From Octopus vulgaris (taxonomy: Eukaryota), in the NCBI GenBank assembly GCA_951406725.2, contig OX597815.1:22320001-22384000 (forward strand): a stretch of DNA of 64,000 nucleotides. Direction: 5' to 3'. The position numbers and the translations under genes were made by a program. The notes below the pieces were generated by a model. It saw only the letters and a list, made by a program, of their open reading frames with translations, was not told where the DNA came from and did no database searches. Shown here piece by piece: positions 40,869 to 54,019 of this stretch. Positions within the stretch are counted from its first letter, which is position 1, and each line of letters opens with the position of its first letter.

Positions 40869-41210
40869 TGATGATAATAATAATCCTTTCTACGATAGGC
40901 ACAAGGTCTGAAAGTTGGGGAAAGGGGATGGTCGATTACATCGACCCCAGTACTCAACTGGTACTTAATTTATCGAAATGATGAAAGGCGGATTAACGAT
41001 TCTGCCAGCTCGCCGACTTAATAATGATAATGATGATTTCAAATTTTGGAACAGGACCATCAATTTTGGGGAAGGAGGCTAATCGATTACCTCGACTTCC
41101 CAAAAGGATGAAAGGTAAAGTCGACCGCGATGGAATTTGAACTCAGAATGTAATGGCGGGCAAAATATCGCTAAGCATTTTGCCTGACATACTAGTTATT
41201 CTCCGCCTTA
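40578..41210 (-). mobile_element. Three tandem degenerate SINE B-variant copies interspersed with (TAA)n
   Basis: Units at ~40578-40792, 40885-41017 and 41035-41208, each with a GTCGAT..ATCGAC-like motif and a CGCC/CGAC-ending head. Confidence 0.8.
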
Positions 41211-41230
41211 ATAAAAAAAAAATTTAAAAA

Positions 41231-41279
<49 letters not shown>

Positions 41280-42894
41280 GTTTGTAATATTTCTTTTATA
41301 ACATGAGAAAAATGCCGCGAATTTCATAAGAAAGTATATAATTAACTTAGCGCTTGGCTGGTGGTTATTTCATCGACCTAAAAATGATATACATCAAGTC
41401 GACTAATATCAACTGATGTAAGTTTAGGATTTATATAAATTACGTATGACAATGAATGACAATCGGGTTATTGAAAAGCTTAAACCAGTTGAAAAACTCT
41501 GCATTGATAAATCCAAAAGAAAATAATCTTCCATTTTGTTTCAGCTCTTCTGAAATAGCATTAGAAGGAAAACGAGAAACTTTGTATTTTGTAGCGATCA
41601 GAAATTTTTATTTACTTTCATTAAAAAAGATTTTTTAAATAATTGCTTTCAGATTAGCTTAATCAGCTTTTTTTTATATATAACAGGAGAGTCTTTAAAG
41701 AATTATCAATATATCTTTAAAAATTGAAAAATATGTATATATATATATATATATATAAAGGCATAGAATCTAAACTTAAAAAAAAAACAGAAACAGTTTA
41801 AATACTATGCGTAAATTCCTTTATATACAATGTTTAGTGCTATATGGATTCATTTTCCATCAACAGCTGTAACAAGTTTTACTTGCTCATTACGTAGAAG
41901 AACAAGAACGGGTTTAATGAATGTATACTGTTACTTAGATTTAAGATGCTATTCAGTTGCCCCTATCAAAATAATAATTAAAAAATAACGGTTTCCTCCT
42001 TTGTAAGTATATTTTTAAGTGTCATTAATAGAAAAGAAAATTAGACGTTATCATATTAACCATACATATGCCGACAAAGTTAACTTTCGTAAGAATGGAG
42101 TACAGTGTGTTCCACTGTGCAATTAAAATATACAGTCTCCTTACCCACTTATTCGAAATACGACAACTCATATAAAGCGTCAAGCATTAAAAAAATGGTA
42201 AATTGAAGTTAAGAAAAAGAGAGATAGAACGAGGAAAGAAAAGATATAAATTATAAATAATATTAAATTACACACAAATCCATCGTTAAAAGCAAACATT
42301 GAATTGTGCACTAATGAAATAAATATTATATAATCCAAGGCCTAAATTGTATACTTTTAATTTATGTTATATATCGCAGGCATGGCTACAAGTGATGTAA
42401 AGTAGAAAACGTTTAAAACTAAAATATAACATGAGTATTGTAGACGAAAAGTAGAGCTAGAATTTAAAATACCCAGGAAGGTAACCTGGTTTTATAATTG
42501 CTTCCTTGGAGCAGCAACTTACACGATACTTAAAAGATGTATTAAATAGAAAAGAATCATTGAATGAATTAACGATATCAGTATACTATGTATATAATAT
42601 TTCACGTTGATCTTCATCTATACTATACCTAACTATACATAGCTAGACAACTGAAAGGTAAGTATGCATACAATTTAAACTAAAAATAAAAGAAACAACT
42701 AAAAATAAACGAAATAGTGGTATATACATTCTCCATGACATTTTTGCAGGATATATCTTATTTCCTAGTATATGCAAGCCATTCAAAATATTTTATACTT
42801 TACTGGTTTATAATTATTAACGTTTGCCAAATGAATGAGACAACAGAAATTACAAAAAACGAAATACGTGAAAAAAAAAATCCTTTAAAATACG

Positions 42895-42958
<64 letters not shown>

Positions 42959-43217
42959 CAGATTCTGAAGATCGTTGACATTTGTATGAATATTACAGCG
43001 TGACCTAAAGAATCTATGTGATAACATCTCTGAACCAACCAAATCGTAATATCACATTATAAATTGGACAGAGGGAGGGTAATAAAAGAAATAATAACAA
43101 TGAATCTTTTAAATCAGACAGAATTCCATTTTATATGAATTGTGGGTGTAATTAACTGACATCAATATAAATTATTGACATTTATTTCACTCTAGAAGAA
43201 TCTACGCAGTACACATA

Positions 43218-43218
43218 C

Positions 43219-43283
<65 letters not shown>

Positions 43284-43333
43284 CAGCAGCAGCAGCAGCA
43301 GCCGTAGTAGTAGTAGTAGTAGTAGTAGTAGTT

Positions 43334-43373
<40 letters not shown>

Positions 43374-43386
43374 CAGTAGTAGTAGT
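43218..43386. repeat. (TAG)n/(CAG)n microsatellite
   Basis: Direct inspection. Confidence 0.95.
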
Positions 43387-44149
43387 CTCAGATGGTTAGC
43401 ACGCTTCCCTACTGTAATATAAATTTTTACAATATACTTTAAAAAATATTTTTAGACAGCTTCTTCATTATCTTATTGTTGGAATGCAAGGTCTAGATTC
43501 TTGACTCTAGAAAGAAGGAAATGTAAGCAGCAGGTATTTACACTAAATTTAGGCATACGTAGATAATTAGAGAATCTTATAAATAGAACTAAATTCAATT
43601 CTGAAATCTATCAATTTATCAAAATTGATTGATTTTACAACGTACACACGAAGTACAAGTTAACGGCATAACTATTATAGTTCATACCAAACAATTATGT
43701 TTACCCTCAAGAAAATGGGTGTTTTCTCCTTTATAATATTTTGGTTATAAAATCCCCCCTCCGAAAGGCAGCTATTTCATTGCAGCATATAACACTTCTA
43801 CGTAAAAATTATAAATCTAAAATAAGTTTTAGTCAATAAGAATTATGTCATTATCAAATATATAAATTATATTCTAAAACTAAAAATAAACAAATGAATG
43901 AATAAATTCTTCAACAATAAAAGAAAATTAAATTGCTGTTTTGCATAATATAAAACAATGTTTCAACTGTCAATACTATTAATAAACATTTGTCACCATT
44001 ATATGATTCAGGTATAAATGTTGGTAAATAACTTCAAATCATAGAAATATAGTGTCCAATGATGGATGCTATTTAAAATAATCGATGTAGCCCACGAATT
44101 CGCATCCTATTATATGACATATGTATGTCAATCCAAACATTGCATTCTC

Positions 44150-44379
44150 GTTTCTTTATTGCCCAGAAGGGGCTAAACATAGAGGGGACAAACAAGGACA
44201 GACAAACGGATTAAGTCGATTTTATCGACCCCAGTGGGTAACTGGTACTTAATTTATCGACCCCGAAAGGATGAAAAGCAAAGTCGGCCTCGGCGGAATT
44301 TGAAGTCAGAACGTGACGGCAGACGAAATACCGCTAAACATTTCGCCCGGCGTGCTAACGTTTCTGCCAGCTCGCCGCC
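44150..44379 (-). mobile_element. SINE family B, full length
   Basis: Closely matches 5302-5535. Confidence 0.92.
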
Positions 44380-46945
44380 TAACATTCTGGCAAGCTTTGC
44401 ACTTCGTTGAGTAAATACGTTCTATACATTTGCAGGGGCATCATACATGAAGCACAATTAATGGCATGGGTCTTAGGAAGATTAGTGCTAGATTGAGTCG
44501 AAACCCAGTCTATATATTTGCAGGGCGTAGTACACAATACACAGTTAATGGCATTTCTCAAAACCAGCATTTGTTATTCCTTTAAACATAAAGATAAACA
44601 GGCGTAAACTTGCGAAGTCTTATAAATCTTCAATTTCCATCTGAAAATACGCATGCATCAACTTTCACTGAGGTTTCATTTAGAAACAGCAGACTTTCCA
44701 ATTACGCATCACCTAGACTTGGACAGTTCTACCTTTCAGCTAGCATTTCTATTGAGATGATTGAATGTAAGAGACTTAAAATCGTTGAAAAAATTGGGGA
44801 AATTTCAGTCTATAGATATAAAAATAGTTTTAAAATTTCTTTCGATCTTAGAAACATTAACCGTTAACATTGTATGCATCATCATGTATATATGTGTGTG
44901 CATGCAATTTTTATGGAAATATCATACGTAAGCATTAATAGGAATATGCTTTAAGCGAGATGAATTGGCTTTCGAAGCACTATGTTCAAGTAATTCATAG
45001 ATTAACAAAAACAGAAAGCGATTATATCGTTTTATAATACTGTTCATGAGATCAACTAGCAAAAATAAAGCTGATACCAAGTTCCTCTAAAAGTCTTTGA
45101 AAAGAAAGTGTTGATATCCAGTTCCGCTGTCTTTCAAAAGAAAATAAACATCTAAAGAGGTGGCCAAATGTACAATTAGTAGAGGAATAAAAAGAAAAAA
45201 AGTTATATCTTGAAGTAAGGTGAGAAGTTGAGAGAAAAGTTTCGAGTGGAGCATTAACTTCATCCTATTTCTTCTCCAGCGACGACCTCCGCCAGAAACT
45301 TTAACCTCTGCTTTATTTCACGCTCCACTAAGAAATATCTTTCGTTTTACTTTTTTCAATCCAATTTACACTGATGTATTTCCGCAGAAGCCTATGAGTT
45401 CCAGTTACTGTTCTTAATTAATTGGTGATTTCTTACTGCAGCGAACAGGGAGCTTACAGTTTCAGTATGTGAACATCAATGTACAATTTAACGTGAGTAT
45501 TCCCGTGGTATTTCTATAGAAATCTCTATATTAGTATATGCAACTAACTTATTCTATTTCAAACAAGCTCGATGCTACTCATTGAGTATTTATATATGTA
45601 TATTTTAAACTGCAGTTTATTTTGTTTATTTAAACTGAAATTTGTTGAAAATAGGCGTTATTGATTATATGTTAAAATTTTCGAATTACTATTTCACTAC
45701 ATTTTTGACGGCGGTTGCAGTACGGGAAATAGAAAGAGGTGAGCCGTTCGTCTGTAACCAGGTGGATTTTGTTTCACATACACCTTTGCTAGTGTTCACT
45801 GAAATACGGGGAAATATATAAACACACACACACACCACACGTGCAGACACACACGCGCACACACACACAAATGTAGACATGCATACATACAAACACATCA
45901 ATAAATACATGCATTCATGCATACGTGAATACATACATACTCATTTGGATACATGACAAAATATCTCACAACCAACCAATCTCGAGCAGTTGAGTTTCAC
46001 AAAAGCTGAGAAAACACGTCTAATCAAGACATCCGAGCAAGAGACCGCCAAAGATACTATCAAGATATGTGAAATATTCAAGAAGTTTACATTTAATAAA
46101 TGCATATAATGCGTATAAAGCATACGACTGTACGTTGGCGTACACATACATTGTATATGCATTACAAAACTCCAGCCATGTTACCTGATATACACCAACA
46201 TGTTACACATACACACATATACACACACATATGTACACGTACACACACATGCACACACACACATAGAAACTCACTACAAATAACGAAAATTTATTTTATA
46301 TGTATGTGTGTGTGTGAGGCATTGTCCAGATATGCCTCACCACTGAAAATTTCCTTTCCATGGCACAGGTTATTGCCCAGCGTGACATGTCATTTTCCTC
46401 CATGTCACCAGTGATGCTTAAAAGAACCTGCAATGCCTCTTGTCCGACTCTCTGCCACTTCGACAGACCAACGCTCCGGTTTGATATACTTCCATCTTCT
46501 CCCGAAAAGATAAATGGCAACGTTGACCTCAATAGGATTTGAACTCAAGCACAGGTAGTCGGAACATTACTGACAGCGAGCAGTAAATATATGTAAATGT
46601 GTATATGTACACACGCAAAATCTATATATATATGTGTGTGTGTTAGAGACTCTGTGTGTGTGTGTGTGTGTGTGTGTGAATAACAAAGGCTCTTTTATTA
46701 GGAAGCAAGCAACTAGCCTGACCCGCCGTAATGAGCTGCTGAATGCGTAGAAACACGTCCACTGCTTCCAGGCTCTGTTAATCGTAAAAGTGCGGAAAAG
46801 TAACCACCATCAAGAAAGAGCAGAAAATATGAATTAAAAAGTCTGATTAAAAAAAAACCCTCCGTTCAAAAGCGCTACTTAAATAAGATACAACACCCAG
46901 CAACTAAGGTCACGCCAGGTCACACTCGATCTATCAATCCTTCGG

Positions 46946-46979
<34 letters not shown>

Positions 46980-46982
46980 TAT

Positions 46983-47292
46983 TTTTGGTTTGTTCCTTTT
47001 CGAGCCATGCCTGGTTCATAAGGGCTGGTTTCCCGGTTTCTTGGCGTATAGGTTCCCTACCTGGACGGGACGCCGGTCCGTCGCAGGTGAGCTGCAAGAT
47101 GCAGGAGAAAAGAGTGAGAAAAAGTTGTGGCTGGCGAAAGAGCCAGGAGAGGTTCGCCATTATCTTCTGTCGGAGCGGCGTGGAGCTTAGGTGTTTTCGC
47201 TCATAAACACACACATCAGCCGGTCTGAGATTCGAACTCGCGATCCCTCGACCGCGAGTCCGCTGCGCTAACCACTAGGCCATGTGCCTCCA
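46983..47292 (-). mobile_element. tRNA-derived SINE with family-C head and different 3' half
   Basis: Head GGAGGCACATGGCCTAGTGGTTAGCGCAGCGGACTCGCGGTC...GTTCGAATCTC is shared with 2337-2520. The 3' half contains CCTGCGACGGACCGGCGTCCCGTCCAGG, absent from the 2335 copy. Confidence 0.88.
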
Positions 47293-47959
47293 ACATGTAT
47301 GTATGTATGTATCTCTCTATCTATCAACACTCACACACACAGATATCGAACGGTCTTTTCACTTACGGTCTTTTTCCGGTGAAAAACTATGTTCGAAACG
47401 TCAAAAACTCTCTCCTGTTACTGACGGCGACACTAAAACGTTCTTTGTGCACGTCCTCTTGTCTGTTATCGTTAATTTCATTATTAGTTTATTTGAATTG
47501 AATACATACATACATATATGCATACATATATGTATACAGACATACATAGACATGCATACATACACACTCACACACACATGCATACATACACATACATGCA
47601 TACGCGTGTGCACGCACACACACACACACACACATCTTCTCGATTAACGATCTCTGCGACTTACGGACCCAATTAAAATCAATATAAAAAAAATCATAAA
47701 TGAATTTTAAAATTTGATTTTCGGACGTTTGGCAGCTCCACCTACGATAACAATGGGAGAATCTGGCTAAGCAGGCTTCCGTTGGGCTCAGACATGTACT
47801 GCCTGCCACTATCTCTCACTCAGTCGTTTTCGAGCATCAGTTGCATTTTAATGAAAATAGTGCTGAAAAATAAATCCGACTTACGACCTGTCAGTTGGAA
47901 CGAAACTCGATAGTAAGCCAAGGAGAAGGGGTGTATATATGTATATATATATATATTTC

Positions 47960-48279
47960 GAATTTGTGTAAATGTGTATAGAGTAATATCAGTTGAGTAA
48001 AGAATTTGTGTAAATGTATAAATGTGTATAGAATAATATCAGTTGAGTAAAGTTAAAACATGGTTTGGTTTTCACGTTTTTATTATTGTATTTTAAGAGA
48101 ACTCAACTGTCAGTTGAATAAATTTTGAAATTTGATGATTACTACGAACGTGTGAAAGCACTAACTGAACTTTATGAACATTACAAAATATTCTTTTAAT
48201 GTTTAATACACTTCAACATATGTAAATACAATAATAAAAATGTGAAAACCAGACCATGTTTTAACTTTATTCAACTGAT

Positions 48280-48280
<1 letters not shown>
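47960..48280. mobile_element. Microsatellite-embedded fold-back element
   Basis: Inverted arms 48037-48093 and 48224-48280 (57 bp, 3 mismatches). Direct duplication of ~42 bp at the left end. Confidence 0.7.
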
Positions 48281-48363
<83 letters not shown>

Positions 48364-48369
48364 GCATAT

Positions 48370-48540
48370 CGCTAGTAACTACACACACTTTTCTCCTTGA
48401 TTCTTTTTGTGTTCCGTTCTGTGCAAGAGCGAAGGCTCGAAACGTTAAGGACTTTTTCAATTCCCGAGCGTTATACTAATACAACTGTTTGTTTTCTACA
48501 CCATCTGTCTTCGTACTTTTTTTGTGAATTCTCCCTATAT
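48370..48540 (+). mobile_element. PLE pLTR fragment between (TA)n tracts
   Basis: Reverse-complement homolog of 19680-19850. Motif CUGUGCA-A-GAGC-GAAG-GCUC-GAAACGUU at 48419-48446. Confidence 0.75.
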
Positions 48541-48549
48541 ATATATATG

Positions 48550-49590
48550 AACTGGACTTCTATTCTATGCTATGCACCCCGCTTTTCACTTAATGTTAAG
48601 AACTTAGCTAAATCCTTCTTAATTATACTGGACTCCAACTTCCCTTGCCAATATAGATATAGCTCTAACTTTAACAGATTCGCTCTGAAGTTATCCTACT
48701 TCATCCCACCCAACTTCGGATCTATCATAGCAGCCTCTAATAAACAGAAACTTTCCCTCTACTATCAAAACTCACACTATAACAACTCTAAATACTCGAC
48801 CACCCAACATGTACATAGCTCCAGCATTGAACCTCATACGTTAGCCCACAACGATAACCCAACCCATCCTACTGACACTACCTGTAATACTGCCACAACT
48901 TCTACCACCCTTGCAAATAGAATAATTAACAACAACGTTAGCAATAATAACAATAATAGTAATAGTAACATTGATAATACTAATAACTTAGACCTTTCTA
49001 CCCCCATCACTAACCTCTCCTCTCACAGTATTACCTCCTACATTCCTGAAAATAATCCCTAAAATACACTCACTCGTAACTGCCGTCCTGTGTCCGTCTG
49101 CTCTCTACAAACCCATTGCAGAAAATCTAATGTAATTTATGAATGCACCATGCTCAATTTACAGCCATATATATATATGATCAACCATAAATTTTAAACA
49201 GCGATATGCCGCTCATCTCAATTCTTTTAGATACGAGAAACACAGTAAATCCATAACACTCGCCAGTTACATACATTATCTCAAAAATAGAAATATTCTC
49301 TACACTTTTTCATGGTCCATACCAAGGTCAACGCTTAGCCTGTAAATTATGCCTCAAAGAAGCATTCCACATATTTAAACACAACTCCTCAAGACTACTA
49401 AACAAATATAATGAGGCCCTAAGCACATGCAACCACCGCTTTTTTCATACCTTCAAATTTTACCACAAATCTAAATGCAACCTATATAACCACACAGTAT
49501 ATATCCACAACAACCCGTTGGTAATCCTCAACAACCCTACTTGTCGCCATTTTAAATTTTAATCTTCAACTAACCCCCGCATCTTATTTT
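48550..49590 (+). mobile_element. Degenerate Penelope-like element of a second clade (linker and GIY-YIG)
   Basis: YAPRFSLNVKNLAKSFLIILDSNFP...NFNRFALKLSY..PPNFGSIIAASN, then RNCRPVSVCSLQTHCRKSNVIYEC, FKQRYAAHLNSFRYEKHSKSITLASYIHYLK...FSWSI, CKLCLKEAFHI...LLNKYNEALSTCNH. Confidence 0.8.
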
Positions 49591-49732
49591 AAGGATCACA
49601 AACAATTAACAATACATATATGAACATACAAACGGATACATATGGGTGTGTATAAATGTGTGTACAGTTATTTTCTGTATGTATGTATTTGTATGTGGGC
49701 ATATGTATATAAATATATATATATATACGTGT

Positions 49733-49763
<31 letters not shown>

Positions 49764-49879
49764 AATACGCATGTATATGTACATACACATGTATATGTGT
49801 ATGTACGACTGAGAGCTAAGCTTGTAGAGGTCATCTTCTTCATACTATAATATTTTGATATAGTGCCAGGTGTAATCCA

Positions 49880-50005
49880 GCAAGCTGGCAGGATCGATCG
49901 CACGCCGGGAAAAATGCTTAGCGGTATTTCGTCCTTGCCTTTCATCATTTCGATGTCGATAAAATGTGTACCAGTCGAGTAATGATGTGAATATGATCGA
50001 ATTAA
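49880..50005 (+). mobile_element. Degenerate SINE B fragment
   Basis: GCAAGCTGGCAG...CACGCCGGGAAAAATGCTTAGCGGTATTTCGTC joined to TTGCCTTTCATC...GTCGATAAAAT. Confidence 0.7.
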
Positions 50006-50835
50006 ACCCTGTATAGAAACCAGTATAGTACCAGGTGTTCTTGCTTCAGACAGGTGTATGTGATAGCAATCTCTGGTTGTCTTTGGTACACTATCACCAC
50101 CAGTATTGTTAAATATATTTTCCCAAGAAATTTAAAATCATTCGTCAGAGTGTTTGATATGAACGGTGATGTATAAAATCAAATGGCTTAAGGTTTTATT
50201 AAATTCAATTTATTCAGTTAATCATTTGATTCAGGTTATTGGCGGTCAGCCTTACTATAAATATGGGCCGTAAGATGGGTCAGAAAAGCTCGATCCGTCT
50301 AGCAGTTCCAGCTGTTCTGATTTCAGCCAGCCTATACACGGTGACCTCTTTCAATATCAGCATATTATTTTTCTGTTAATTAAACTGACGTTGCGGTGTG
50401 ATGAAGTAACCTCATTGAAAAGCACTTGACTAATTTACATTAAATCAATTATACAATGCCACGAGCTAGTATAATGATGCGTTCAAAGGAGATTTATGGC
50501 AATACTGTCATATTGTTTTATTGAATCAATGGTTTCAGCATTTGATCACATGTACAAACGTATCTGTTTGTAATATATCTAATACGTCGGTGATCAATTT
50601 GAGAAGTCTGATGTGCGTATGTATAGCGAGAGTGAAATCAACAGTGTGAAATATACAAACATAAATATAAAGTAAGTGAACTATAAGTGTTACGCTGTTT
50701 TATTCGATTATAGAGTAATATAGTTAATTTCTGTTTCATATATTTGCGTGTAATACATTCGGTATTCCTTTTTATGTGTAATGTATAACCATATACGACT
50801 ACGACTGTTAAGTGAATTCGCCCATTTACCATATA

Positions 50836-51262
50836 TCTTTCTTTTCTTTTATCTTTTACTTGTTTCAGTCATCTGACTGCGGCCATACTGGAGCACCGCC
50901 TTTTGTCGAGCAAATCAACCCCGGGACTTATTCTTTGTAAGCCCAGTACTTATTCTATCGGTCTCTTTTGCCGAACCGCTAAGTGACGGGGACGTAAACA
51001 CACCAGCATCGGTTGTCAAGCAATGCTAGGGGGACAAACACAGACACACAAACACACACACACATACACACATACACATATATATATATACATATATACG
51101 ACAGGCTTCTTTCAGTTTCCATCTACCAAGTCCACTCACAAGGCATTGGTCGGCCCGGGGCTATAGCAGAAGACACCTGCCCAAGATGCCACGCAGTGGG
51201 ACTGAACCCGGAACCATGTGGTTGGTTAGCAAGCTACTTACCACACAGCCACTCCTGCGCCT
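50836..51262 (-). mobile_element. SINE family A, full length
   Basis: Reverse complement of 3541-3933. Confidence 0.92.
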
Positions 51263-53263
51263 ATCCTGACATATTCTCCTAAAGTATCTGAAATAATATA
51301 GTTGAATAGACAACGATGCTTGGAATTGGCTTTTGTCTAGCGGCAAATGCATCCATTTCAAATAGGATTTTTAGAACAGAATATATTCTTATAAACCTGT
51401 CAAATCTTCTATTTAGTTCTGTGAATTTTCTTTTCCAGGAGAACTTGGCTGAATCATATTCTTTGAGAAAGACCTTTTCTTATCATATGCAATAGAGGCA
51501 GTGTAGAGCTCTAATTTCCATATTATATACAGATGTTGTATTGCAGGATTTAAAATGGATACTATTGTGTTACAAAGTATACATGAGATATATTCCACTG
51601 AACAATATAAAGTGTAATCTTGTTTGTATTGAACATGAGAGATTTACGCCATTCAAAGATAGTTGGTAATTTTTGATATAAACATTAGTGACTAGTATTG
51701 GCGTTGTGCCAAAATTTGAAATCAATATTAGTGACTGGTATGGCAGAAGAGCTGTATTGAAGCTTTAGCAACATTTTAATTCAAATAAAATGATAGAATT
51801 CATTTTGTAAATTACATTAGTAGTCACTCTTCGTTTGATAAAATTATTATATTATTCTTTAGTATGTTAAAACCATATGTCTAAAAATAACAAGTTAACC
51901 ACAGTTAAATGTTGCATGTTATTTTCCCATAATCTAAAAAATTTATTTCAGAAAAAATATATAGGTTAAGTAAAGTTAATAACTGACCCAACAGGGACAT
52001 GTTGAAGATAATTCCTTCTGAAGAAAGAAATCGATGTATATAACCTAAGTCAAACATATCCCAAAAGTAATGTATGCGAGTCATAAAATGAAGCATAATT
52101 ATCTGCCTCTAATTAGATCACTATTTAAAAGTTGACAATCTCATAGAAAACATAGTATATCTGAACCTTCAAAATTTTTATTTCTAATTTTAACAATAAT
52201 GATACTTCAACAGCCCAGTGCTTACAGTATCATTAAAGAAGACTATTGGTATTTAGAGTTGAAGTTCTATAAATCAAAGATTAGGCATAATAGCGTGAGT
52301 CTGTGGTAGACACAATATACATGACGACGAGAGAAGAATGCGAAGTGAGTTGGGAGAGCCATAGACCAGCTGCTACAAGAACAAAAAGCACCGGAAGAGC
52401 AGAGTTCACTCTAGTTGAGATAAGAGAAGTACAGTTGTTAGACAGTATGTTTGCGGTTCAGATAATAACGTAGGTGGTCGTTATTAATGCGGTCTTCGCA
52501 TATTCCGTTTGTGTAAGCATAATTATATTTAGTTTCAATTAAGATTTGAATAGGATTAGTTAACTGTTGGGAAATGAAGTATTTTCTGATCTTTATGTTT
52601 TAATAGTATGTTTTTATTACATCATATCTACTGTGGTGTCAAGTAACTATTTATGCACATACATTATTAGTATACATTGCGGTCTCAAAAGTAGGTTTTC
52701 CGCAAATTATCATTTTTTTTTAAATTAGAAAATAGATATAATGCAAGTTGTCTTTTCCCATTTATCTCTCTATATATTTCTGTCTGCCTTTGTAAGTGTG
52801 AACACCATCGCCATACTTATTGTCATTATTACTTATATATACACACACACGTGCGTATATATATATGTGTGTGTGTGTGTGTATGTGTGCGTGCATGTGT
52901 TGTGCGTGCGTGCGTGCGTATGCGTGTGTGTATCATTCTTTAACAAAAATTGTATTGATAGTGACTCCAACGTTTCGGCCAGTTCATCCATCATCATGCT
53001 GTCCCATAACGGCATAGCTGGCTGGCCGAGACTTCGAAGTCGCTGTCAATACTAAATTCATACTGTACAAAAGGAAGGTATTGTGTAATCCTTCAGTTTA
53101 ATATAAAATTGCTTTATTATAACGACATAAAAACAAATATTAATGCAGACAGACAAACGGACTGACGGACGGATGGACGGACGGACATACAGACAGACAG
53201 AAGTATGTATGTGTTTGCGTTGTGTGTATATGTGTGTATAAACAGAGAAAGAAAGAAAGAAAG

Positions 53264-53430
<167 letters not shown>

Positions 53431-53816
53431 GTTGTGTGTTTGATTTAACTGAAACAAATGTAATTTTGGTATATATTTTGCACAGAAACCAAAGCTGACT
53501 GCGATGGATCTTAACGTTGAATTTGATATTGAACATAAATATATCAAATGCATTTGAACATGTATGTTGAGCCACTATCTTCTTTTCAAAGTGAATATTG
53601 ACTATTCTGTGTAACTGTAATGGGGACAAATATCAGAAGGAGAAAGTTTACGCTTCACTGTGTTGTGTGCGATATGACAACCCACACGTATCTAAACTTT
53701 GCTCAACCACATATCATCTATGCGCAGTTTTTACACTATACGTCAAACCTACACCGATTTCTTCAACGGAGAACTCGAAAGCATCTTCCAGAAGGGATAT
53801 GCCCCAACTGGGGGCG

Positions 53817-53999
53817 ATCGTGAGAACTCTAAGTGCTTCACTTGATTAAGGGTGTATGTGATATGATTATGTTTTCTTGATATGAATAGCCCCCGAGTTC
53901 TTGTAAATGATACAAGAACTCAGAGATTATTCATATCAAGGAAATATCATCATATCACTTATACTCTTAATCAAGAGAAGCACTTAGAATTCTCACGAT
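53817..53999. repeat. Long imperfect palindrome (~89-bp arms, 5-nt loop)
   Basis: ATCGTGAGAACTCTAAGTGCTTC...GAGTTCTTGTA-AATGA-TACAAGAACTC...GAAGCACTTAGAATTCTCACGAT. Confidence 0.9.
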
Positions 54000-54019
54000 T
54001 CCTTCAGATATTAGACTCC

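Noticed and set aside
47630-47935. Possible Tigger/pogo-type MITE (CGACTTACG subterminal motifs)
   Set aside because: TIRs too decayed to delimit.
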